In this document: piece after piece, positions 1 through 8,856 of the stretch
Numbering within the stretch: the first letter of the stretch is position 1
How the letters are laid out: every line of letters begins with the position of its first letter
Virus record (IMG/VR): IMGVR_UViG_3300008259_004660
Location: 64,001 to 128,000 of that record
Direction: 5' to 3' (one strand)
DNA: 64,000 nucleotides
From: a virus
The notes under the pieces: generated by a model
Seen by the model: the letters and a program-made list of their open reading frames with translations, nothing else
Databases searched by the model: none
What the model was told of the DNA's origin: nothing
Program-made: the position numbers and the translations under genes

Positions 1-1
1 C

Positions 2-1084
2 GCGGACAAAGTGAGAAACCCAACATTCATACATCAACACTTCCAAATCATAGCAAAGAACGCATATATAACTGCACCATCTCTAACCAAAGAAATATCT
101 CGTTCACCTGCTATGATTCAATACTTGGATCTAAATAGAAGCGACAAAAAAGCTCCAAATGAAAATTTTGCCAGAGAACTTTTTGAACTGTTTGTGCTTG
201 GAGAGGGAAATTACAACGAGAATGATATCAAAGAATCGGCCAAAGCGTTCACTGGATATAGAACAAAAGGTGGAGACTTTTTCATCAACAATCAACAGCG
301 CGACATGGGAATAAAAAGCATTTTTGAAAACACAGGAAGATTCAGCGGTGATGATGTAATAGATATTGCATATAAACAACCATCCGCAGGAAGATTCTTG
401 CCGCAAGAAATGATAAAGTTCTACCTTACGGACACAGAAATTCCAATACAATATTTGGACGAGATAGCTAAGATATGGAGAAGCAAAAATTACAGTCTGA
501 GGACTTTGCTTGGATTGTTTTTTGGAAGCAATATCTTTTACTCCAAGGAATACAAAAGAAACTATATCAAGAGTCCTATTCATTTTTACTGTGGTCTTGT
601 ACAGGATATGGGAATAAAAGTTTCGCCGCTTCAAAGATTGGTTACACAACCATTAAGATCAATGGGTCAAATGCCATTTTATCCACCAAACGTTCGTGGT
701 TGGGTTGGTGGAACCAATTGGATAAATTCATCAACCATACAAGCAAGAAGACAAACCGTTGAAAATCTTTTCGCCACAATAGATGAAAAGACATTAAATG
801 CCGATGAACAAAAACAATTATCATTGGCAAAGGAAAATGGAACATATGAATTTGTGTTCAACGAAAAATCGTTAGCCGAACTATCAAAGCTATCAAACAA
901 GGAAGCATCTTTTGTTTTATGCCATAGATTCATAAACAATCCTTCAAGAGAAATTCTTTATGGGATTGAGAGATTTTTAGGTACCCCCACCCTCAAAGGA
1001 AAAAAAGACAGCGGCACTCCCACCACAAGATTGAAAAGAGCAATTGTTACGATACTACAATCGCCAGAATATCAACTATGTTAA
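2..1084 (+). CDS. DUF1800 family protein (5'-partial; frame open past window start)
   Basis: NENFARELFELFVLG hallmark, PAMIQYLD, PPNVRGW, SPEYQL; directly upstream of DUF1501. Confidence 0.9.
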   Translation, partial: ADKVRNPTFIHQHFQIIAKNAYITAPSLTKEISRSPAMIQYLDLNRSDKKAPNENFARELFELFVLGEGNYNENDIKESAKAFTGYRTKGGDFFINNQQRDMGIKSIFENTGRFSGDDVIDIAYKQPSAGRFLPQEMIKFYLTDTEIPIQYLDEIAKIWRSKNYSLRTLLGLFFGSNIFYSKEYKRNYIKSPIHFYCGLVQDMGIKVSPLQRLVTQPLRSMGQMPFYPPNVRGWVGGTNWINSSTIQARRQTVENLFATIDEKTLNADEQKQLSLAKENGTYEFVFNEKSLAELSKLSNKEASFVLCHRFINNPSREILYGIERFLGTPTLKGKKDSGTPTTRLKRAIVTILQSPEYQLC

Positions 1085-1088
1085 TACC

Positions 1089-2324
1089 ATGAAAAATCTA
1101 CCACACACACGCAGAGAATTTCTAAAAGTATCATCCACGGGAATTGGACTAATATCACTTGGTCAATTTGCACCGGAATTTCTGGTGCAATCGGCAATGG
1201 CGTCAACTCCGTTGCCAGAAAAAGATAAAAGTATACTTGTAATTGTTCAATTGGCAGGTGGAAATGACGGTCTTAATACTCTTATACCATACGAGGACAG
1301 CAATTATTACAAACTACGTCCGAAAATAGGTATCAAGAAAAAAGATGCAATTGTTATCAATAACACACACGCTCTACATCCTTCAATGGCAAAATTCAAT
1401 CAATTGTTCATTGAAGGAAAAGCTGGCATCATTCAAAATGTTGGTTATCCAAATCCAAACCGCAGCCATTTCAGATCGACTGAAATATGGGAAACCGCCG
1501 TTGACAGCGACAGAACATCAACAACTGGTTGGGTTGGAAGATTCATGGACAATCAATGTTCTGGTGTGCCAATAAATTCAACTGATCCATTGGCTGTGCA
1601 TATGACAAACAACACGCCACAATCTTTTGGAGGAAAAAAACCACATTCAACATTTGGATTTGTCAATAGAATAAACCGAAGAGACAACGAAGACACCAGA
1701 AAAGTATTAGAAACAACATATTTAAATACCAATGGTGAAAATGACAATAGTACATTTCTGAAACAAACACTCATGAACACTTTGCTTACTGAAAGAAAAG
1801 TGCAGCAAAAATTGGATGAATATAAACCATCGCACAATTATCCAAACAGTAATCTTGCTACATCATTGAAGAATGTTGCCGCCATGATAAGAGCAGGATT
1901 TCCAACCAGAGTATATTTCGTATCAATTGGTGGGTTCGACACACACAGCAATCAATTGATAAATCATTCAAACCTTTTGACACAGTTGTCTGATGCACTC
2001 CACGCATTTCAAAAAGACCTTGAAGGTCATAAACTAGACAAACAGGTCACCACAATGACATTCAGCGAGTTTGGTCGCCGCCCAAATGAAAATGAAAGTG
2101 CTGGTACAGATCATGGAACAGCCGCTCCCCTCTTCGTAATTGGATCAAATGTAAAAGGTGGAGTTTATGGCACTGCGCCAAATCTTAATCTGAAGAAAAA
2201 TCAAGATGTTGAATTCAGCACAGACTTCAGACAAGTATACAGTACTATGCTTGAGAAATGGATGAATTGTTCGTCTGAAAGTGTTCTTGGAAGAAAATAC
2301 AATGGTTTGGATATTATCGTTTGA
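1089..2324 (+). CDS. DUF1501 family protein with Tat signal
   Basis: TRREFLK twin-arginine leader, QLAGGNDGLN, NRSHF, GGFDTH, SEFGRR, GTDHG, DFRQVY; start moved to ATG 1089. Confidence 0.9.
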   Translation: MKNLPHTRREFLKVSSTGIGLISLGQFAPEFLVQSAMASTPLPEKDKSILVIVQLAGGNDGLNTLIPYEDSNYYKLRPKIGIKKKDAIVINNTHALHPSMAKFNQLFIEGKAGIIQNVGYPNPNRSHFRSTEIWETAVDSDRTSTTGWVGRFMDNQCSGVPINSTDPLAVHMTNNTPQSFGGKKPHSTFGFVNRINRRDNEDTRKVLETTYLNTNGENDNSTFLKQTLMNTLLTERKVQQKLDEYKPSHNYPNSNLATSLKNVAAMIRAGFPTRVYFVSIGGFDTHSNQLINHSNLLTQLSDALHAFQKDLEGHKLDKQVTTMTFSEFGRRPNENESAGTDHGTAAPLFVIGSNVKGGVYGTAPNLNLKKNQDVEFSTDFRQVYSTMLEKWMNCSSESVLGRKYNGLDIIV

Positions 2325-2355
2325 CAATTAAGGTGAGTAGGAATAAATTCATGAT

Positions 2356-2670
2356 ATGATCATAATCAAAACGATATACAGTGCCGGTGGCGCTTGCCCA
2401 TATCAATTGGAAGCAAAAACAAATGATGGCCAATGGTTTTATCTTAGATATAGGAATGGAATGCTAAGATATGCGATTGCTCCTAGTTCAGAATCTTGGA
2501 TGAAGCGAAAAGGTGATAGCGTATATGATTATAGCAAGAAAATCGGAGATGATCTTGACGGATTTGCCAACCACAATACAATATATCCACACCTCAAAGA
2601 ACTTGTTAAGTTTCCAGAGGACTTTAAAATAGACTCCAACGAGATTATTGACCCACTTGAATTAAAGTGA
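2356..2670 (+). CDS. hypothetical phage protein
   Basis: 104-aa ORF with ACPYQLEA..DGQWFYLRYR motif. Confidence 0.7.
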   Translation: MIIIKTIYSAGGACPYQLEAKTNDGQWFYLRYRNGMLRYAIAPSSESWMKRKGDSVYDYSKKIGDDLDGFANHNTIYPHLKELVKFPEDFKIDSNEIIDPLELK

Positions 2671-2856
2671 TCAAGGAAAATCTTTGCTTCCGCTACTAGG
2701 ATTTGTATATCCTTGATACTCATCAACATCATCTGTAGTGGATGGTGTACTTGGAGTAGGTTGAGGTGTAGGAACAGAATTACTGTTCTTTTTCTTTTTC
2801 AAGAAAAATACTGCTGCGCCGCCAACCAAAATTAATAGTATTATTATCAACATCAT
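2671..2856 (-). CDS. small single-pass membrane protein
   Basis: Hydrophobic N-terminus, KKKKK stop-transfer, short PTPQPTP tract. Confidence 0.55.
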   Translation of the reverse strand: MMLIIILLILVGGAAVFFLKKKKNSNSVPTPQPTPSTPSTTDDVDEYQGYTNPSSGSKDFP

Positions 2857-2921
2857 ATTCAATAAGTATGTAGATTTTTCTATAAAAGTATTGACTTTTG
2901 GTATAAAATAAGTCATAGTTT

Positions 2922-3977
2922 ATGACAATGAATACATTGTCCGTAACTGTAAATGTTGACCAAACTCTACTTAATGCTCTTGAGCCATTTGATTACAAAT
3001 TTGATGGCACAAGTACATTTAGTCTACCATCGTTTGATGCTCCTAAACGCGATGGTAGTTGGGCGATTGGATTGATTGTTGGTCCATCTGGCACAGGTAA
3101 GAGTCAACTTCTAAAAAAGCATTATGGTATTACCTCAGAGCCTATATGGGATGCCAGCAAAGCTATTGCTAGTCAGGTTCAATATCAAAAATTAAGTGCC
3201 GTGGGATTGAATAGTGTACCGTCTTGGTGTCGCCCATATCATGTGTTAAGCAATGGTGAACAATTTAGAGCAAGAATGGCTGCAATGCTTGACAGCAATA
3301 CATCATTCGACGAGTTTACTAGTGTGGTTGATCGTACCATAGCAAAAAGCTGTTCTCACGCTCTTCAACGTCAAATTAGAAATGATAAATTGAATGGTGT
3401 TGTATTTGCCACATGTCATTATGATGTCACCGAGTGGCTGCAACCTGATTGGGTTTTTGATACACTTACACAGTCATTGACTGTGGGGAGGTCTCTTTGG
3501 CGACGCCCCGATGTTCATCTTTCCATCGAACGATGCGACAGTAGTTGGTGGCAAGTTTTTAAAGACCATCACTATTTGAGTGAAAACATAAACAAAGCAT
3601 CGCGCTGCTATATTGCAAAGTGGAACGACAACCCAGTTGGATTTGTATCCGTTCTTCCCATGCCAAGTGGAACTCTCAAGAATGCTTGGCGCGAACATCG
3701 TGTTGTAATTCTTCCAGACTATCAAGGAATTGGCTTGGGAGTAAGACTGAGTGATGCAATTGGACAGATGTATGTTGACGACGGCAAACGCTATTATAGC
3801 AAAACCGCACACCCTCGCATGGGAGAATACAGAAATAAATCCAAAAATTGGAAACCTACCAGCAAAAATATGAAAAACAGACAAGATTATAAAGCTGGTC
3901 ATGATAGGAAATACAGCAGTCAAAAACATGCGGACAGAACTTGCTACAGTCACGAATATATCAACAAAAGTTGTTGA
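2922..3977 (+). CDS. ABC-type ATPase fused to GNAT acetyltransferase
   Basis: Walker A GPSGTGKS, signature LSNGEQ, Walker B FDEF, H-loop ATCH; GNAT motif A RVVILPDYQGIGLG. Confidence 0.85.
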   Translation: MTMNTLSVTVNVDQTLLNALEPFDYKFDGTSTFSLPSFDAPKRDGSWAIGLIVGPSGTGKSQLLKKHYGITSEPIWDASKAIASQVQYQKLSAVGLNSVPSWCRPYHVLSNGEQFRARMAAMLDSNTSFDEFTSVVDRTIAKSCSHALQRQIRNDKLNGVVFATCHYDVTEWLQPDWVFDTLTQSLTVGRSLWRRPDVHLSIERCDSSWWQVFKDHHYLSENINKASRCYIAKWNDNPVGFVSVLPMPSGTLKNAWREHRVVILPDYQGIGLGVRLSDAIGQMYVDDGKRYYSKTAHPRMGEYRNKSKNWKPTSKNMKNRQDYKAGHDRKYSSQKHADRTCYSHEYINKSC

Positions 3978-4035
3978 CAACCGTGAAAAAATCTGCATTA
4001 TGCGGCGAATAATTAAGTAATTTAAAATCTTCGCC

Positions 4036-5028
4036 ATGTCTGAACCAATTGATTTCATCAAAACAAACTTCGAATACAACAATCAATCATTGTATAATCG
4101 ACTTTCAACATGCAGTTTCAGAACATTACTCCTTAATGGAATATGGAGAACGATGAAATCAAACGGCGAACCAGAATATGTCTTGATTGAAGATATGGCA
4201 CCAGATCATATAGCTCGTTCTATCAAAAAAGCAAAAGCAGACAACAACTCTCTTATCATTGATATTCTTGCAAGTGAAGTTGAAAGAAGAAGCAAAAGAG
4301 GAGAAATGGCACTTTCCAAGTTAAACAATAGCAATAACAAAAACACAGAAAAAAACACAATGAGTACAAGCACAAGTAACAACATAGAAACAAACCAACA
4401 CGTTTTCAGATATGCCCTGAATGATGTTTTGCGAGTGGCGGGTAAAGACAACAAAGTACGCGATGTAATCGTTACATTTAGACAGGAAGCCTTGGCTGAA
4501 AATGGATATCGCGCTGCATATAGATACAAGGTAAAGGGAAGCAATGGAGATAACAGTGCATTGTACTCTCAGCGAGATATGATTGAAATGGAAAATCGTG
4601 CTGTTAAATTGGAAAAACGCCGTAGCAAAAAGGCGAGCAAAACAAAGACACAGCGTGATGTATCACAGAAGTTTGAAGTAAATAAGACGTATGGTAGATA
4701 TACCATTGTAAATCACGATGCTGTTATGCGATTTGGAAAGAGAAAAGACGGAACCCTCACGGTTTCAAACTCTGTCACCGGTCACAGATATGATGTTACT
4801 GTTGATGGAGGAAAGACGGTTGTTACATTCACTCAAACAGAACTATCCAAGGCAATTGAAAGAGAAGCAAAAGCAATTGATACAACAAATGCTATTGTGC
4901 AAAGCGAACTTGATTTCAATTCATCCGAAAATTCGCAACTTCGTGCAGAGAATAATGAATTAAAGAGAATGATTGCTGAAATTCACGAAAAGCTTAATAT
5001 GCGAGCGGCCACAACAACTATTCAATAA
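4036..5028 (+). CDS. hypothetical protein with C-terminal coiled coil (start may be ATG 4360)
   Basis: 330-aa ORF; TTGACA at about 3975 upstream. Confidence 0.65.
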   Translation: MSEPIDFIKTNFEYNNQSLYNRLSTCSFRTLLLNGIWRTMKSNGEPEYVLIEDMAPDHIARSIKKAKADNNSLIIDILASEVERRSKRGEMALSKLNNSNNKNTEKNTMSTSTSNNIETNQHVFRYALNDVLRVAGKDNKVRDVIVTFRQEALAENGYRAAYRYKVKGSNGDNSALYSQRDMIEMENRAVKLEKRRSKKASKTKTQRDVSQKFEVNKTYGRYTIVNHDAVMRFGKRKDGTLTVSNSVTGHRYDVTVDGGKTVVTFTQTELSKAIEREAKAIDTTNAIVQSELDFNSSENSQLRAENNELKRMIAEIHEKLNMRAATTTIQ

Positions 5029-5165
5029 TCCTCATGAGTATACTCGGCATTATTCTATGGACATTGGCAATAGTTTGGATAATTGGAATCGCAGTCTTTG
5101 TTTATGGAATAATGACCGCAGAGGACAATGATGACCCAGATGAATGGGAAGGAAAGTAAGAACAT

Positions 5166-5489
5166 ATGAAAAATATATTGACAAAGCTTTTTGGGAAAGA
5201 AGAGCCAAACAACAAGGAAATAATGCCGCCATCTTATATTCCAGAGGCATTATACAACCTTGGTTGGGAGATAAACATCAGTGGCTCCAAAAGAGTATCA
5301 TCTGAATGGCAAAGAGTGAATGAAAAAGATATCAACGAAGCCAAGGAATCGCTGAAGAATCAAGTAGAAGAAATGCACAAGATTCTTGAAAAGGCACATA
5401 CCCAAAAGAAAGAATTCGTTAATCTTGAAAGTAATGTGTTTAGACTAAATGATGTATCATCAGTTACATCATATTGCTACAAAATTTAG
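5166..5489 (+). CDS. hypothetical protein
   Basis: 107-aa ORF; its stop TAG lies inside a TTTAGGTACCC repeat. Confidence 0.65.
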   Translation: MKNILTKLFGKEEPNNKEIMPPSYIPEALYNLGWEINISGSKRVSSEWQRVNEKDINEAKESLKNQVEEMHKILEKAHTQKKEFVNLESNVFRLNDVSSVTSYCYKI

Positions 5490-5514
5490 GTACCCTACCC
5501 CATTATATTCATAT

Positions 5515-5790
5515 ATGCTGCGCTTATCATTCAAAATTCAAAACATATTCTCCAAAGACATATGGTATGATATGTACACATATACCAAACAGCTATCACG
5601 TAACAAATACTTTGAAAGCCAAGTAATATATTCAGACCACAATATATTTGAATTCGTATTAGATCTATCTTGGAATGGTAGAGATCATGTTGGTCCAAAT
5701 ATTGAATTATCATTATTTGGTTACCATATTATTGTAGGAATATATGACAGCAGACATTGGGATTATAAAGAAGGAAAGTGGGCGAGTTAA
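5515..5790 (+). CDS. hypothetical protein
   Basis: ORF from ATG 5515 (MLRLSFK). Confidence 0.6.
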   Translation: MLRLSFKIQNIFSKDIWYDMYTYTKQLSRNKYFESQVIYSDHNIFEFVLDLSWNGRDHVGPNIELSLFGYHIIVGIYDSRHWDYKEGKWAS

Positions 5791-5892
5791 ATACAAAAAA
5801 TAACACAAAAAATATATATAAAAAATGATATATAGATATATGTAACCGTATATATAATATATATCATAGAACAATCAACGAAAGAATAATAT

Positions 5893-6303
5893 ATGGCAAC
5901 AAAGAAACCCAGTTCAAAGAAGGCTGCAAAGAAAAGCAGCAACACAACTAAAAGATCAACAAAGAAAAACAAAAATAACGCGGCAGAAATTATTAACGCT
6001 ACAGAAAATAAAGAGCTTCAAACGCTCGCCGCTCAAGTTGATATAACACCAGTTGTAGAAAATAATAATACAGCAGAAACAGTAGTAGCAGAAACAGCAC
6101 AAGTTGATACAACAGCATCAACAGAACAAACACCGGATACATCGTCATTAGCATCAAGTGCCGCCGCTATACATAAAGACGAAGTTGTTGTTGAAAACGC
6201 ATCATATAACAATATGGTAGTTCCACAAACAAAAGATAATACATATGCGTTTATTATTGGTGGATTTGTTCTACTTATTACTTTGATGTTGTTTTTCATA
6301 TAA
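5893..6303 (+). CDS. Lys-rich N-terminus, C-terminally anchored membrane protein
   Basis: MATKKPSSKKAAKK start; C-terminal AFIIGGFVLLITLMLFFI. Confidence 0.7.
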   Translation: MATKKPSSKKAAKKSSNTTKRSTKKNKNNAAEIINATENKELQTLAAQVDITPVVENNNTAETVVAETAQVDTTASTEQTPDTSSLASSAAAIHKDEVVVENASYNNMVVPQTKDNTYAFIIGGFVLLITLMLFFI

Positions 6304-6329
6304 GAAATAACAAACATAAAAAGGTTATA

Positions 6330-6548
6330 ATGAGCAGAAAGAAAAAAGAAAACAAGGCATTATCCAAAGAAGATGATGCCTTTTTTACATATGAAGAAGA
6401 GAAAAAAGATTTAGGTACCCTATTGCCTAATAAAAATGATACTTCTAATACCAAAAATACCATATATGTGTTTAAAGATAAAAGTACAACAACTGTGTGC
6501 TATGATGGTAAAAATGTAAATTATATCACCGTACATATGAATTCTTGA
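6330..6548 (+). CDS. hypothetical protein
   Basis: 72-aa ORF in gene-dense + strand run. Confidence 0.5.
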   Translation: MSRKKKENKALSKEDDAFFTYEEEKKDLGTLLPNKNDTSNTKNTIYVFKDKSTTTVCYDGKNVNYITVHMNS

Positions 6549-6553
6549 AATAT

Positions 6554-6721
6554 ATGAGTAACAATACTAATAACAATATATCAAATATCAAGTATGATAG
6601 TCTAGAAGCTATGAAGGTAGAATATAGCTATCTAAGCAAAGAAGAAAAAAAGAAGTATATGAATATGCTTACTGAGTGGTATATGCGAGAAAAAGATATT
6701 CTTAGAAATGTTACAAACTGA
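6554..6721 (+). CDS. hypothetical small protein (55 aa, not in ORF track)
   Basis: Hand translation MSNNTNNNISNIKYDSLEAMKVEY...LRNVTN*. Confidence 0.45.
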   Translation: MSNNTNNNISNIKYDSLEAMKVEYSYLSKEEKKKYMNMLTEWYMREKDILRNVTN

Positions 6722-6779
6722 AATATAAAGTTGGGGAAATATACCCATATATACCATCAAATCGTGTATATACAAAAAG

Positions 6780-6814
6780 GTGGGATAGTGTGGGGTGAAA
6801 TGGGGCAATGTGGT
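6780..6814 (+). promoter_or_regulatory. Four (G/A)TGG(G/T) direct repeats at exact 10-bp period (MraZ-box-like)
   Basis: GTGGG-atagt-GTGGG-gtgaa-ATGGG-gcaat-GTGGT. Confidence 0.6.
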
Positions 6815-7035
6815 AACGTAATGATATAAAAAGGTATACTAGAGTATATACAAGAATAAAAAATATATTATACTATACGGAGTAGATAATAGTAGGTATA
6901 TTAGGAGTAGATAGATACTAATGCACGCCGCCCGCTGTCAAGCATTTTATTTTATGAGAAATTTCATATATATCTTGACAAAAAATTTAGGTACCCCCTA
7001 TAGCTAATTTATTCATATGTTGTCAAGATCAAAAT

Positions 7036-7051
7036 TGTTCCACGTGGAACA
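7036..7051. promoter_or_regulatory. parS: parS centromere-type ParB binding site
   Basis: Perfect 16-bp palindrome TGTTCCACGTGGAACA matching the chromosomal parS consensus. Confidence 0.85.
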
Positions 7052-7119
7052 TCTTTTTTGTTGACCTATACAATATAGTATGCCAAGATATTCAACGTTA
7101 AATAAACAACACACAAAAA

Positions 7120-7470
7120 ATGGCTAAGATTGATAACAATACCAACACTAAGAAGAACAGCAATAATATGCCCAAGGGTACAATGCCCAAGGACAAGCTA
7201 ACACGCTTTAAGCTCAAGGGTAATATTGATGAGCCGGGCGAATATAAGCATCGCACAATTGCTGATGTTAAGACAGTTGCTAAGAGTGCGCGTGCTGTTC
7301 ATACGTATAGAATGTATGTTCATGGTTGCACTGAAAAGCGTCTGCCATCTAGTCTTCGTCGTACTGTTCATTATTTCCTTACTCCTATGAGTAGAATGGA
7401 TAGTGATAATAGTAAAGATCGTAAGCCAGTTATTGAAGTTGATAACACACCTGAAACAAATAACACATAA
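7120..7470 (+). CDS. hypothetical basic protein
   Basis: 116-aa ORF behind TTGACC-17-CAAGAT promoter (7061-7089). Confidence 0.65.
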   Translation: MAKIDNNTNTKKNSNNMPKGTMPKDKLTRFKLKGNIDEPGEYKHRTIADVKTVAKSARAVHTYRMYVHGCTEKRLPSSLRRTVHYFLTPMSRMDSDNSKDRKPVIEVDNTPETNNT

Positions 7471-7475
7471 ATTTT

Positions 7476-7667
7476 ATGATTAGCATTTTGGTTGTAATTT
7501 CTGTACTATTCTTCTTGATTGTTGCTGTTTCAATTATTGAAAGCCGCAAGCAAAAAATTGAAGTAGATAAAAATGAATTTGACAAAGCTAATTTAAATAA
7601 ATGTGGCTGCGGCAAAACAAATGATATTGATGGTAACTGCGATGGCAGTCATATGAGCAATAATTGA
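7476..7667 (+). CDS. Membrane-anchored CDGSH [2Fe-2S] protein
   Basis: N-terminal TM helix; CGCGKTNDIDGNCDGSH. Confidence 0.75.
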   Translation: MISILVVISVLFFLIVAVSIIESRKQKIEVDKNEFDKANLNKCGCGKTNDIDGNCDGSHMSNN

Positions 7668-7700
7668 TAATAGTGTAAATTTAAACTATTATAGATTTTT

Positions 7701-7739
7701 ACCCATTATGGTTTTTCATAATTACCATAGTGGGTTTTT
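7701..7739 (+). terminator. intrinsic terminator
   Basis: ACCCATTATGG/CCATAGTGGGT stem plus T tract. Confidence 0.6.
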
Positions 7740-7783
7740 CATTTATATACAATATTTAAATTTTAGGTACCCACCACATCTAA

Positions 7784-7864
7784 ATGATATTGATATTAAT
7801 GTTTAGCGCCTTGATAATTTTGATCATTGCTATTATGATGTATGAGGATCATAAAAAATTTTAG
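7784..7864 (+). CDS. 26-aa hydrophobic micropeptide
   Basis: MILILMFSALIILIIAIMMYEDHKKF*. Confidence 0.4.
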   Translation: MILILMFSALIILIIAIMMYEDHKKF

Positions 7865-7875
7865 GTACCCCACCT

Positions 7876-7947
7876 ATGATAATATTTACACTATTGTTGA
7901 TTTTATTTTTGTGCTATATAGCATTATTGCATTATACAGAAGATTAA
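7876..7947 (+). CDS. 23-aa hydrophobic micropeptide
   Basis: MIIFTLLLILFLCYIALLHYTED*. Confidence 0.4.
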   Translation: MIIFTLLLILFLCYIALLHYTED

Positions 7948-8087
7948 AAATTTAGGTACCCCCCCCCCCTTCTTATATACAACAAAATATTGACAGCTGG
8001 CTAAAAATGTATATAGTACCAAATATCTTAAGCACATAATGTGTTTAGGTATAACATAACGAAAACAAAAAGTAATACGATAAATAT

Positions 8088-8477
8088 ATGAATAATATAT
8101 CATTGGTAGGTAATGTAGTTAAGGATCCAACAACACGTTCTACACCCTCGGGTAAGAATGTATCAACACTGCGTCTTGCGGTCAACAATCCTCTTAATGA
8201 CAAAGAAGTTCTTTTCATTGATGTTGATAGTTGGGACAAGCAGGCAGAATTTGTTGGTAAACATGTTAAGAAGGGCAGCTTGGTCAGTGTAGCTGGCCGA
8301 CTCAAGATGGATGAATGGGTAAAAGATGGTGCAAAGCAAAGCAAGTATTTTGTTGTTGCTGATCGCATCAACTTTGTTGGTGGAAAAAAGAAGGAAGATG
8401 GTGGTGTTTCAAGTGATTCACAAAGTGATGAATTTGATGATGCTGCTTTTGCTGCTGCCGCAGGAATCAAGCAGTAA
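8088..8477 (+). CDS. ssb: single-stranded DNA-binding protein
   Basis: LVGNVVKDP..TPSGKNV..LAVN, KKGSLVSVAGRL, acidic tail. Confidence 0.92.
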   Translation: MNNISLVGNVVKDPTTRSTPSGKNVSTLRLAVNNPLNDKEVLFIDVDSWDKQAEFVGKHVKKGSLVSVAGRLKMDEWVKDGAKQSKYFVVADRINFVGGKKKEDGGVSSDSQSDEFDDAAFAAAAGIKQ

Positions 8478-8489
8478 AATAAAATAAAA

Positions 8490-8511
8490 AATTGGGGAAA
8501 TTTCCCCAATT
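8490..8511. terminator. hairpin terminator after ssb
   Basis: AATTGGGGA/TCCCCAATT stem. Confidence 0.55.
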
Positions 8512-8520
8512 CATAAGTTC

Positions 8521-8565
8521 TTGAGTATCAATGAGTTACAAAGCACATAACTTGTTGATACTCAA
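8521..8565. repeat. Inverted repeat TTGAGTATCAA...TTGATACTCAA
   Basis: 11-bp perfect arms with inner AGTTA/TAACT pairing. Confidence 0.75.
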
Positions 8566-8856
8566 TTACTTACAATAAATTTATTTTTCCTAGCACCATT
8601 TTTTGTCTCGACTTTTTTTATTTTTTGTGCTATACTATTTGAGTCAGGGGGAGTCATTTTTTTTGACACAACCTTGGAATTTGGGTAGCCTTCGGTCCCC
8701 TACCCTTGGGTCACCCTCTCGGGATTCGCCCTGTCTCGGCTTTTCGGAATCTATCTCCTACTTCCACCGTGATACCATTATCGCAGAAATTAAAAAAAAT
8801 GGAAGCCCAACGAATTTTGTAACTCGTTGAGCTGTAACAACCGAACAAAAACCCCC

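Larger units (their letters stand above)
976..7961 (+). repeat. Dispersed 11-mer TTTAGGTACCC, 7 copies, all on the same strand
   Basis: Copies start at 976, 5485, 6410, 6986, 7762, 7860, 7951; none noticed elsewhere. Confidence 0.9.

Noticed and set aside
6550-8100. DnaA-box origin
   Set aside because: No perfect TTATCCACA noticed; origin status remains unproven
8690-8800. Small hairpins (CCC-GAGA-GGG on - strand) as an ncRNA
   Set aside because: Stems are short and the strand is ambiguous; could equally be a decayed gene fragment
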